Origin: Octopus vulgaris
Taxonomy: Eukaryota
Direction of reading: 5' to 3'
NCBI GenBank assembly: GCA_951406725.2
Contig: OX597834.1
Location: 17,980,001-18,044,000, forward strand
Length of the DNA stretch: 64,000 nucleotides
The notes beneath the pieces are model-generated. The model made no database searches. It saw only the letters and a list, made by a program, of their open reading frames with translations, and was not told the origin of the DNA. A program made the translations under genes and the position numbers. Positions 52,468 through 64,000 of the stretch are shown in pieces (the first letter of the stretch is position 1; every line of letters begins with the position of its first letter).

Positions 52468-53150
52468 CACTATGAAGAGACATTGAAAGCAAGAATTTTA
52501 CTAATGAGAGGAATGGAGGTGTGAAGTCTGGATTACAAAGTAACATGTCAGGGTAAATCAAGATGCTGATGGGGAAAAATGTACTTGGACTCATTTATCA
52601 CCCTTAACTGAAAGGAAATGGACTTGGAAATATTAGAAAGAGGGGTTGTAGAAAGTGGAAATGTGAGGGAGAGAAATGCTAAGTAGACCAAACAGGGGGA
52701 ACCAGCTGTAGAAGTTGGCATTAATATGGTTGAAATGGCTTTAAAAGTAGAGAAAGCTGTGAAACCATCAAGGATAGTTATTTAGATGTCGAAAATATCC
52801 AAAAATGCAGAGTGCATACAGTCAATCAGAGAGTACAGAGTGGTGTCATACTCAACGAATGACATATCATCGTCATCAAATGCTACAAAAGCAAAGAAAA
52901 TGCTCTTGTAACATCCAGTCTCAGTAGTGTCAAGCTGATGGATTAAATTGTAGCATAAATTGCAGATTGGATTTGTAATAAGAGAAGCACAACTAACGCT
53001 CGCTTCCTAATGAAACAATAAGTTCTTAGGAGTAATCCACTATATCTCACATTTGTTGATCTGGAAACAACTTTTGACAGTGTACTGTGTTGTGTAGTCT
53101 TGTAGTTGCTAAAAACTTTGGTGAAAATAAATAGCTTAAATAGATAAATA

Positions 53151-53653
53151 GGTGCAGGAGTGGCTGTGTTGTAGGTAGCTTGCTTACCAACCACATGGTT
53201 CTGGGTTCAGTCCCACTGCGTTCATCTTGGGCAAGTGTCTTCTACTATAGCCTCGGGCCGACCAAAGCCTTGAGTGGATTTGGTAGACGGAAACTGAAAG
53301 AAGCTCGTCGTATATATGTATATATTATTTCTATTCCTGAGCGCCATACTTATACAATTGTTTGTTTGTACTCCACCTGCCTTCGTCTTTTGTTTATTTT
53401 CGTAAAGCTTCCTGTTATATATATATATATGTATGTGTATATGTTTGTGTGTCTGTGTTTGTCCCCCCAACATCGCTTGACAACCGATGCTGGTGTGTTT
53501 ACGTCTCCGTAACTTAGCAGTTCGGCAAAAGAGACCAATAGAATAAGTACTAGGCTTACAAAAGAATAAGTCCCGGGGTCGATTTGCTCGACTAAAGGCG
53601 CTGCTCCAGCATGGCCGCAGTCAAACGACTGAAACAAGTAAAAGAGTAAAGAG
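53151..53653 (+). mobile_element. SINE family B with a Penelope-like 3' fragment (53326-53415) in its internal (TA)n
   Basis: Family B; duplicated target taaatagctt at 53128-53137 and 53654-53663. Confidence 0.85.
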
Positions 53654-54401
53654 TAAATAGCTTGTCAGAGGTGTGCAAGCCATGTGCAGAGATAATGTTA
53701 TTGAGGCGAGAGTTGGCATTGAGGGATTCAGTGAGGGATTTAATGTGTTGGTTGATGTCACTTATAGTTCTCCAGACTGTAACAGATGAGTTTAAGACAG
53801 ACTGTTCATGGGAACTCCTGTATACAGATGACCTAGTTCCCATTGCTGAATGTGTTAACAATTTAGAGAAGAAAACTCAGTTATAGAAGCAAAGCCTGGA
53901 ATCAAAGTAACTGTAGCAAAGGTGCAAGCTTTAATAATCAGGCTCCATTGGTTGAAAACGGGTAGATAGTAATTCCAAACAGTGTACCTGTCAGTTATGT
54001 CAATTGTGGTTACGTAAGAGATGTGGGATCACAGGTAAGATATTGATAAAGGAAAGCTTTGCATGTGGCACATATTCAGTCCTAGGTTAGCTGAAAGTGT
54101 CTATGTAAAAAACACTCATTAAATTTTTAAGGAACAGTGGGAAGCTTTTGTGATTTAGGTTACCTAATTAACAAAGAATGCAGGTGCCTGAGAGTTTAGG
54201 AGACGAAAAGTAAAATTGGAGTGGGAAAAGTTTAAGGAGCTATCACATCCGTTGGCAACAAAGAGATTCTCTCATCAAGGAGATGGTAGATTTTTATGAT
54301 GCTTTAGTACAATGTGTGATGCTGCATGGTAGAGAGATATGGGCATTAAATGCAGAAGATATGTGAAGGCCAAAGAGAAATGAAATGAGCATACTCTAGG
54401 G

Positions 54402-54604
54402 CAGTGGTTTTCAACCAGGGTTCCGCCAGTACAGCCTAGGGGTTCCGCAAGAAGTTACAAAACTGCTAAAATCGGCAGTAATTTTTAATTCTCCTGTGCA
54501 GATATGTGTGCATAAGACTATATTAAATTATTGCACAGGGGTTCCTCGAGCCAGTGGAATGTTTCCTTGGGGTTCCGCTCCAGCAAAATGTTTGAAAAGC
54601 ACTG
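54402..54604 (-). mobile_element. hAT (Charlie-like) MITE
   Basis: 8-bp TSD ctctaggg (54394-54401, 54605-54612); reverse complement of 20738-20956 with a 16-bp deletion. Confidence 0.9.
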
Positions 54605-54862
54605 CTCTAGGGATATGATGATACAGAAAAGCTGAGAGGAAAATGATTGTAAAAGTTATTAGAAGTAATGTACAAGAAGGAAGACTGCATTGGTACAGAC
54701 AGGTAATGCATATGAATGATATTTAGTAAAGAAGTTATCCGAGGGAGACTGGATGTTGTTGTGAATACTTGTCTCAAAAGGCTGAATAGGTCAAATGAAA
54801 TGAGTTTTTAAGTCCTTAGAGATATGAGTTTAAAAGGAGTCTTTGAAGATACACAAAGAAGT

Positions 54863-55072
54863 TATAGTCATTCATGAAATTCCAACATAGAAATGAAATT
54901 TGTCTGACTGATTCCTCTTTTTCTATTCACAAAGATATATCATAAAAAGACAAGTCATTTACATTTGTTTATTACATAGTGTAAGACTAAAATCTATAGA
55001 TATACTTTGTGGTACAGAATAATAGTACCTACATGTGTGTGTATATATACACCTACATACATACATACATAC
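54863..55072 (-). repeat. Right arm of ~210-bp inverted duplication
   Basis: Reverse complement of 52259-52467. Confidence 0.95.
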
Positions 55073-56444
55073 ACTCACACGTGTGTGTCCATATATATAA
55101 TTGCTTATACACACAAGTCTTGCCCTTATTTTATTTAATGTGTGTCAATTTAAAGGCTGAACAGGTATTATTAAGCCAGCGAGTTCACAAACCAACGAGT
55201 TCCTTAGTCCAACCTTCTAGCAACAACTGTTTATATCTCTCAAATCATACTGCTTTCATTTTTAAAGAAAAAAAAAAAGATAGGATGGTCTCGCCTGGAG
55301 TCTTTCATCACAGCTCCAAGCAAGAGAACTAAACAACAGGTGAATTATCAAAATAAAAACTTATGGGTCTACCTACGGCAGGTGTCAGAAAGAATCAAAC
55401 GACTGCCTAAAGGAGGGATTTTTTTAATGTACAAACTATATTCATTAACTGTAAGAAAACGAAAATCTTTCCATACCTGCTCCAACACACACACACTAAC
55501 AAACTGTTGTATCATAATGCAAAATATATTGATTTCTAACACTGACACAAGACCCTATTTGGGGGAGCGTGGATATAGTTTATTAAATCGATCTCAACTG
55601 TTAGTGAAAGGTGAACAGACCAAGACGACTTCGTTTGAATTTGAACTCGTAATGCTATTAAATATTGATTGCAAGGCATTTTGTCCGTCACTCTACAGAT
55701 TTTGACAATCCACAGTAAATCAACAACAATAATAATAATAATAATAATCTCACTCTTTGACGAGTGATGAGGCTCTAAAAAAGAGAATGGACGAAACAAA
55801 ACACGAAATAAGGGAGTGTGATGAGTTGAGCATTTTTTTTAATTGACATACGCGAATTTCCTTAACAAAAAAAAAAAAAAAAGAGAGAAAGAGAGAAGTT
55901 TCAAGATTTAAAATTAAAACCGAGTAATAAATATATCTTGTTTATCTGAAGTGTGAATGAATTCCTATATTCATTAGGGCCATTTTATCTTTCGTCCCAC
56001 TACGATTGAAATAAGCAACCTAGTAATATGTGGTGGATTTTTACCTGAATAAAATTATATCAATAATAGTATGTTGTTTTTGAAATAGTTGAGATATGTT
56101 GAGTCTCGTGAAAATAAGCTACTGGAAAAGCCTAATAAGCGACCTCGGTCGGTGGAAGGTAACCTGTTCACTGACGGCAATTTAAAACACCCGAGAAATG
56201 TATGAATTTCACAACATTCCATTTCTTCGTAGAAAAAAATGTTATGCACGAAGTTATTACAAGGGTTAAACTCAATAGTGGGACCATAATTTCTGTCGAA
56301 TTGATTTATTCTCTTTAATTTCATAAAGGTGTGTGTAGTACTCAACAAAATTTCGATACAATAAAAAGTGTCACGTTCAAATTTTTTTTTCTCAATGTCT
56401 TTGTAAGAAATTTATTAATTAGAGCATTAGAAAAAAAAAAAATT

Positions 56445-56640
56445 GTCTCGGCGTATTTATGCCAACTCTTTACGTTCTGAGTTCAAATTCAGCCGAGGTC
56501 GACTTTGCCTTTCACCCTTTCGAGGTCGATAAATTAAGTACAGTTGAAACACTGGGGTCGATGTAATCGACTACTCCCCTCCAGACAAAAATTGCTGCCC
56601 TTGTGACAAAATTTGAAACCATTGATATTATTATTATTAT
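56445..56640 (+). mobile_element. SINE family A copy with CpGs largely intact
   Basis: gagttcaaattcagccgaggtcgactttgcctttcaccctttcgaggtcgataaattaagtac. Confidence 0.8.
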
Positions 56641-57359
56641 TTTTATTACCGTCCACAATGTTTTAGTGAACCCTAATTGGTTAATAATAAAGGGAACATT
56701 ATTATTGTTTTACTATAATTAAATTTCTTCTTTAAGCACATGTATAAGATAGAAGGATTTAGTAAGTGCGTTTTATCAGTCGCTACAAATGTTAGTCTTC
56801 TAAACAATTAAGGAATCCTCACATAGGTACAAAATCGCAAATGTTTAAGAATGGATTAATGAGGTGCTTGTCTGACAATTAACCAACCCCAGGAGGACGT
56901 CAGGCACGGACAACGCCGGTGAGATTTGAACTAGGAATTTTAATGACAACTATTTCTCAATAAAATTCCACTGAAACATTCGAGTAAACGAATATATTTA
57001 CAACACAATCGTGAAAAGTACTCTAAAAGGTAACAATATAGAGTACACAATGTCCAAAGAGAAGTAATATATTTTAGTTTGAACGAGTATATATGTATAG
57101 GCAACGTGTATGTATGTGTGTGTGTGTGTGTGTGTGCAGTATGTACATCGTTGAGAAAGTTTAAATTTAGTTGTGTTCTTCTTAAATTATATTAATAATG
57201 TCAATAAACCATTAGCCTTGTTTCAACTTTATTTATCTTTTATGAGAAACTGTTGGTTCCCGACATTGGGAGCAGTGTTGTCATTGTATTTGGCAAAATT
57301 CCTCGGTGAAAGACACGGACACATGCACCATGTCACAGACAAACGTTCATGTATATTTC

Positions 57360-57398
<39 letters not shown>

Positions 57399-57463
57399 GT
57401 GTGTGTGTTGTATGTGCCTGAGTATTGTATGAGTGCATGTGTGTATGTATATATGTGTGCGTG

Positions 57464-57500
<37 letters not shown>

Positions 57501-57503
<3 letters not shown>

Positions 57504-57686
57504 GGTATGTAGAAAAATACAACATGGACAAGAACGTATAACTCAAGAAGACGATACAATAAACACGGACAGGACATTCGAAACCCTCAGTCTTCAGTCA
57601 AGAACCGGATCATCGTAGTAATTTCGGCTGATTAATCTTGAGATTACTAGATCACGGCCAGCCCTCCAAGAAAAACTAAGCAACGA
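57501..57686 (-). mobile_element. Probable Penelope-like short repeat ending in (TA)n, flanked by a ~100-bp direct duplication
   Basis: Unique ~185-bp insert between two copies of the same compound microsatellite; minus strand has ggctg...cagcc-GAAA and ctgaaga motifs. Confidence 0.4.
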
Positions 57687-57761
57687 TATATGTATGTGTG
57701 TGTGTTGTATGTGCCTGTGTATTGTATGAGTGCATGTGTGTCTATGTATATACGTGTGTGC

Positions 57762-57809
<48 letters not shown>

Positions 57810-58157
57810 CTTGTTCGTCGTATTCCAGCCCCAAATGTCTACAGCCAACACCCTGCTTGTACTTTGCACAAGACACAAGCTACACAAGACCTTTAAGTAA
57901 GGGGTTTCAATTAGCAATGACCCCCACCTCGCATTTCAAATAAAGCCAAAATTAGTATAGTACTAATATTAGTATAAAGACGACAAAACAAAAAACCGAA
58001 AAAAAACCAGAAAACCACTTACACCAATCCTTATATACAAAAGAAACAACGACAATAAACAGCTACAATTACTATTAATATTATTGGTTTCCGATACACA
58101 CTCCAGACACATTGATAAATACCAAAAGAAAAAAAGCAATAACAGAGCAATTCTTAC

Positions 58158-58236
58158 CATGTTCATCGAGATATGTATCAGGTATAGCGGGTAATACATC
58201 AAACACTTCTGTGGTGTTATCATCGCCTTGCTCCAT
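58158..58236 (-). CDS. Candidate first coding exon of an unidentified minus-strand gene (MEQGDDNTTEVFDVLPAIPDTYLDEH + 1 nt, phase 1)
   Basis: ATG in ideal Kozak context (ctgACCATGG), 26 open codons of non-repetitive composition, strong donor G|GTAAGA at 58157, upstream in-frame stop at 58294-58296, possible acceptor ttcttgtag at 58322-58323; lies in a CpG-retaining region. Confidence 0.55.
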
Positions 58237-58899
58237 GGTCAGGTAAGAAGGGAAAAAGCCGTCAGAGCAAGCGACGTGTTTACAGTTCTTACTTCATACA
58301 TACATCGTATAATAATAAACACTACAAGAACTTGTGAATAGTGATAGTAGTAGTAGTAGTGACAGTGGTTAGTGATGGTGGTGGTGGCGGTGGTGGTAGC
58401 AGTGTTAGTAGTAGCTGCTGATGCTTAGTCGCGGGTCAGCACTGTTCAAAGGCAATCCAACCACGACCATCTTATCATAGGTTGCCCCTCTGTATGCTTT
58501 CCCCTTTCATGCAACACACAGAAAGGTGTGTGTTATTCATGAGAAACTTGGCTGCTATTTCTAGCAAGTCGAAAAATCCCTCGTTGACTAGTAGTAGCAG
58601 TAATAGTAGAAACAGTAATTGGTTATGTAATGGTTAAAGTAGTGGTGGTGGTAGTGGTGGTGGTGGTGACGAACTAGAAGACTCGGTGGAGGAACCAAAA
58701 AGGAAATGACTTAGTTTATTCCGTAAATAAATGGTAAACAGTAAAACGCTATCCTTCTTCGCCAATAACTGTCTATAATTATTGATCAATATGTTATTAG
58801 CTACCACATATCCCGATCAGAACTGTAATAATAATAATAATAATAATAACAATACTACTACTACTACTACTACTACTACTAATAATAATAATAATAATA

Positions 58900-59142
58900 A
58901 TCCTGTCTACTATAAGCACAAGACTTGAGGGGGGTTTTTTGTGGGGAGAGGAAGGGTTTAGTCAATTACATCGATCATAGTGTGTGACTGGTACTAATTT
59001 GATGGAACCCGATAGAATGAACGGCGGGAATATGAACTGAGAGCGTGTAAAGACGGATGATACACTGCTAAGCATCTTGTCCGGCGTGCTTAACGATTCT
59101 GCCAGCTCCACGCCTTTGCTGCTGCTGATGATGATGATAGTA

Positions 59143-59190
<48 letters not shown>

Positions 59191-59710
59191 TCTTTTTATT
59201 GGCCACAAGGGCTGACACACATGATTAGAAAACATAAAGGGACAAAACAGGACGAAAGGTTACAAAGGGTTTTGTCCGTTTGTGAAAAAAATCGTGTAAA
59301 AACAACGAAAAACTCCCAATGGGGGGGGGGGCATTACGAAAGGTTCCTGGTGGAAAAACCCATAAAAGCCAACGGGACCCTGGTCAAAAGAGGGGGGGGG
59401 GAACTGGTAGAGAGCCCCTTTCTCCTTTTATAATACCTTTTTCAATTACTGGCAAAAATAATAATAATCTTTTCTACAATAGGCACAAAGTCCGAAATTT
59501 TGAGGAGAGGGGACTAGTCGATTACATCGACTCCAGTGCTCAACTGGGACTTATTTTATCGACCCCGAAAGGATGAAAGGCAAAGTCGACCTCGGCGGAA
59601 ATCCTTTCTACTATAGGCACAAAGCCTGAAATTTTGTAGGGAGGGAGGAGCTGGTGGATTACATTGATATTGATTTCGGTATTCAACTGGTACTTTGTTT
59701 CATCGACCCT
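58900..59710 (-). mobile_element. Three SINE A copies plus a LINE-like 3' UTR fragment (59187-59430)
   Basis: Family A motifs with (AAT)n spacers. Confidence 0.7.
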
Positions 59711-59825
59711 ACACCACCACCGCCACCACCATCATCGTCATCACCACCGGCAACAGCTTAAAACTTTCACCCCTAATAACATTATCACCACCATCACACA
59801 TCGGAATAAATAAATAAATAAATAA

Positions 59826-59891
59826 TGGATGGATGGGTAGGTAGGTAGGTAGGTAGGAAGATAGGTAGGTAGATAGATAAATAGGTAGATG

Positions 59892-59972
<81 letters not shown>

Positions 59973-59989
59973 GTAGGTAGGTAGGTAAG

Positions 59990-60020
<31 letters not shown>

Positions 60021-60042
60021 CCAGACAGACAGACAGACAGAC

Positions 60043-60130
<88 letters not shown>
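59826..60130. repeat. (GATA)n/(GGTA)n microsatellite
   Basis: Direct inspection. Confidence 0.95.
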
Positions 60131-60698
60131 GTGATATGATGGAGAGGTGACAAGTTCTTGTTGCTTAACCCCATATCACCCTGATCTAACAGACATGATC
60201 AAAGATATTACACCTGTGTCCGAACCGGATAAACACTGATCGAGCAGCCTATAATCAACAAGTTTCCAGTAGTGACCATCCCGTCCTTTATTCAAACATG
60301 TTATACGCACTTCCCTTTATATGTGTGTGTGCGTGTATTGTATTGTGTTTTTAAGATATTTCGATGCGATTCCAGGAAGACTTGACAGCTATTTCTAGCA
60401 CGTCGAGCGACATCCACGTTGAAGGTGGTACAAGCAAACGGCCAGGGGTGGTGGCGAACAGGTAGCAGCACTCAAGTGAGGTGGAGTCTGGGAGGGAAAA
60501 GTGAGGGAGGTGTTTCTCACACTTGTACACGATATAACGGGAAAGAGAGAGAGACAGAGCGGGGGAGTGTTTGTTTTTTGTTTCTTTTAGGATCTGTGTG
60601 AAAGAGAAGAATGTACGTGTGTATGTGTGTGTGTGTGTGTGTGTGTGAATTAGGAAGACAGGGAGAGAAAGAGAGGGAGGCAGACAGGGAAAGACAAT

Positions 60699-60932
60699 AG
60701 ACAGACAGATAGAAAAACAAGGAGAGACAGAGGCGGAGTAGAGAAAGATAGAGAGAGAGAGAGAGAAAGAAAGAGAAGAGCAGAGACAGACGTAAGACAA
60801 TTAGACAGACAGATAGAAAAAGAAGGAGAGACAGGCGGAGTAGAGAAAGAGAGAGAGAGAGAAAGAGAAGAGCAGAGACAGAGAAAGACAATTAGACAGA
60901 CAGATAGAAAAAGAAGGAGAGACAGGCGGAGT

Positions 60933-60967
<35 letters not shown>

Positions 60968-60990
60968 AGAGCAGAGACAGACAGACAGAT
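60699..60990. repeat. Purine-rich minisatellite, three ~90-100-bp units
   Basis: agacagacagatagaaaaagaaggagagacaggcggagtagagaaaga(ga)n aaagagaagagcagagacaga repeated three times. Confidence 0.85.
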
Positions 60991-62994
60991 AAAGAGACGG
61001 ATAGACAGACGGGCAAAGAAAGAGAGAGAGAGAGAGAAGAAAGCGACAAAGAGGGAGAGCGATAGAGACAGACCGACAGAAAAAAGAGTGAGAGAGGAAG
61101 TAAGGTTAAGAGAGAACGAAACATTTTTAGAGAAGTTTAGTTTTCACACCTTTTCAAATAAATATACAGAATATATAAAATATAGAGTTACTGCAAGACA
61201 CAAATATACACGTGGATGTATCTAATCAGACCTATTATCAAAAGGCATTCCAGCCGTGACATCCGATATTATTATTTTTTTTTTTTTAGACAGACGGTAT
61301 CTCGGATCACATTGTCCAACGTACAGACAAACTGCCGTTTATATAGAGAGAGATGGTAGGGCGTGATTTTTGAGGGAAATTAGTAGTTATTACTAGTAAG
61401 GTGAACGACCTCGGTGACTTGCTTGAGAATATTTACGCGTGTGTGAGTGCGTGTGAGTTCAGCTCAGATATACAGTCAAAAAGCAATCCAGCCGCGACTT
61501 CCCTGTCTATTTTTTCACAGTGCTTCTAGAATCGCTTTATGTAAACGTGCATTTTATTTCAGATGGTAAAGCATGACTGTAGGACTGGCTGCAATTACTA
61601 ATAAATAGTTAACGTTTGTTGTGCGTTGCGTGTGTATATATGTATGTATATCTTTGTGCACGTATGTGTGTGTGTGTATGCGTGTGTAAACGTGCATGTG
61701 TATGTGTGTATTCGTGTGTGTTCTGGATCAAGGCTTCGTAAAGACAACTATTCCGAGATTCTTTCAAAACTTGAACACGTAATCTCCGGACAATCGTTGT
61801 GGTGTTTGTTGATCGCTGACGACGGCGGTGACGGTAGTCTCGTCACTGTTTAACCCCAGGTCGATCTTAAGATTGTTTAACGCCAGGTCAAAACCATGAC
61901 CATGATCGTCGTTCAAAGGTTACGTGAGACTATACATTGACGAAAGTGTCGTTTCTTTCCTTGAAAACTGAAGGGTTTAATTTGGCTGCTATATCTAACA
62001 GGTCCTTATGATCAAAAATTTACTTGCCTAACCTCTCATCCACATGTATTCTCAACGCATTTAGTGTGGCTGTCGTGAGCCCCAGGACTAATTAAAGCGA
62101 GAGCTAAACATTATTTCCAGGATGTCTAAGTGAGTGAGATTACAACATTCACCCCAAAACGGGACGTCGAGTAGACTTCCTAGTCTTTGCTGGAATTAAT
62201 TTACAGCTGAGAGGACTAGGGAAACGTAAAATGAAGTGTTTTGATCTCCCAGTCTGGAGATCGAAACCATGATCTTGTGGTCATCAATTTAACCACCTAA
62301 CCTATTAGGCCATGCGTCTTCAATATACTCAATGTTATGAGCATTAAATAACTAATGGAAAAATACTAATGCCACAGGGAGGTGGGGTAAAGCAACATAG
62401 ATTCTGATTGCTACGTTATTGTTTGCAACAAGAATGGGAGACAACTTCATGCATGTTTCAGCTTTATTAAATCTTTTCAGTGAAGCCTTGACTTTATTAT
62501 ACTTGCCAAAGTAATGATGAAAGAATCACTGAATAAATGTGCAATATTGTACATGATCAAACTAACCCCAATGTATGACTGGTACTCATGTTGTTAGCAC
62601 CCTACCTGGAAAGCTGAAAGGTGCTGTTGACTTTTGTGGGATACATTTTTGTTTTCTTTTTGTTTCTCTCTGTAAGCAGGTTTAACCAGGTATATTAAGT
62701 CATTTTGTCTGACACTTTATTGATTCTGTCTCCTGCCATACTTTGATTCAGTAAATTATTAAGAAACACACAGGCTTCAGTATAACATGTATGCAGTGTG
62801 TGCGCGTGTGTGTGTGTGTGTGCGTGCGTGTATGTGTGTTGGCAATAAAAGCTTGTAAGAATGATAGGATTATAGAATTGGGTGCTGCAGGGAGAAGAAG
62901 GAGAAGAAAAAGAGAGAGTTTCACAGGAAATTAAGGGAAGCTACATTTGGCCATGCACCAACTGTGTACTGGTTGTTTAACAAAACAATTATGC

Positions 62995-63185
62995 ATGCAT
63001 CATACATATACATATATACATATATATACATATACATATATATATATATACATATATATATATACACATATATATATACATATATATATATACACATATA
63101 TATATACATATATATATATACACATATATATATACATATATATATACATATATATATATACACATATATATATACATATATATAC

Positions 63186-63216
<31 letters not shown>

Positions 63217-63267
63217 CATATATATACATATATATACATATACATACATATATATATATATATATAC

Positions 63268-63350
<83 letters not shown>

Positions 63351-63518
63351 CATATATATATATATATACATACATACATATACATATACATACATATACA
63401 TATATATATATATTCATATATATACATATACATATATATACATATATATATACATATATATACATATACATACATATACATATATATATATATACATATA
63501 TATACATATACATACATA

Positions 63519-63562
<44 letters not shown>

Positions 63563-63645
63563 TTTACATATATCTACATACATATGTACATAGACATATA
63601 CAATATATATACACACATGTATATGTATGTGTGTGTGTGTGTACA
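62995..63645. repeat. ~650-bp (TA)/(CATA) microsatellite
   Basis: Direct inspection. Confidence 0.95.
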
Positions 63646-64000
63646 TGGGTTAATGTATGTATTTGACTGGTGGCAATGGCCAAGCTGGTGCCATGCCAAA
63701 CTGGATATTCATTCATATAATTCGTATAATTTTGATGCTTCCTTGTACTCCTTGTTCAAATTATTCCCAAGTCGCCTTTGTCTTTTGTTCCTTTGTATGC
63801 AATAATCAAATCAGAACCAGTAATATACTGGGGGAATCAGTTCAATCATTATACAGCTCATTCCTTACAAAGAACAAAACCAAAAGAGAAAACAAAAAAA
63901 AAAGATTCCTGAAAGAATGAACCCTTTAGTATTTAAAACGGCTGAATCTGGCCCAGATATTTTACCTGTTTTATGCACAAACTTGCAGCCCAGGGGTCCC

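Larger units (their letters stand above)
52470..54800 (+). pseudogene. Decayed RTE-type LINE reverse transcriptase region, interrupted by SINE B and a hAT MITE
   Basis: YLTFVDLETTFDSV (~53043, cf. FVDLEKAFD), WELLYTDDLV (~53809, YADD motif), Cys-rich CQLCQLWLRKRC (~53988), IGVGKV/KFKEL region (~54215), MLHGREIWA (~54320, cf. GSETW). Confidence 0.85.

Noticed and set aside
55755-55800. ttgacga...acgaaac hammerhead-like words (also 3850-3880 minus and 38660-38695)
   Set aside because: Stems I-III cannot be formed convincingly

Overview
AT-rich eukaryotic, animal-type genomic DNA dominated by microsatellites and interspersed repeats. The repeat repertoire is what I associate with octopus/cephalopod genomes (inference). 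Nearly all ORFs in the track are microsatellite or SINE artefacts. Supportable content: (i) three small, phase-compatible candidate exons of an unidentified minus-strand gene (58236-58158, 27496-27442, 551-492), which would make most of the window intronic; (ii) several tRNA-derived SINE families, RTE-LINE remnants, a decayed hAT transposase, and hAT, piggyBac, mariner and Tigger-like MITEs plus a non-autonomous Helitron, often nested; (iii) short Penelope-like elements inserted in microsatellites. One family of these carries, in three copies, a minimal type-I hammerhead ribozyme fold with a compensatory G3-C8 core, and several such elements form foldback hairpins; (iv) a ~210-bp near-identical inverted duplication bracketing a decayed RTE. 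No rRNA, true tRNA gene or CRISPR array is seen. Repeat boundaries without TSD support are approximate and family names were not checked against a database.
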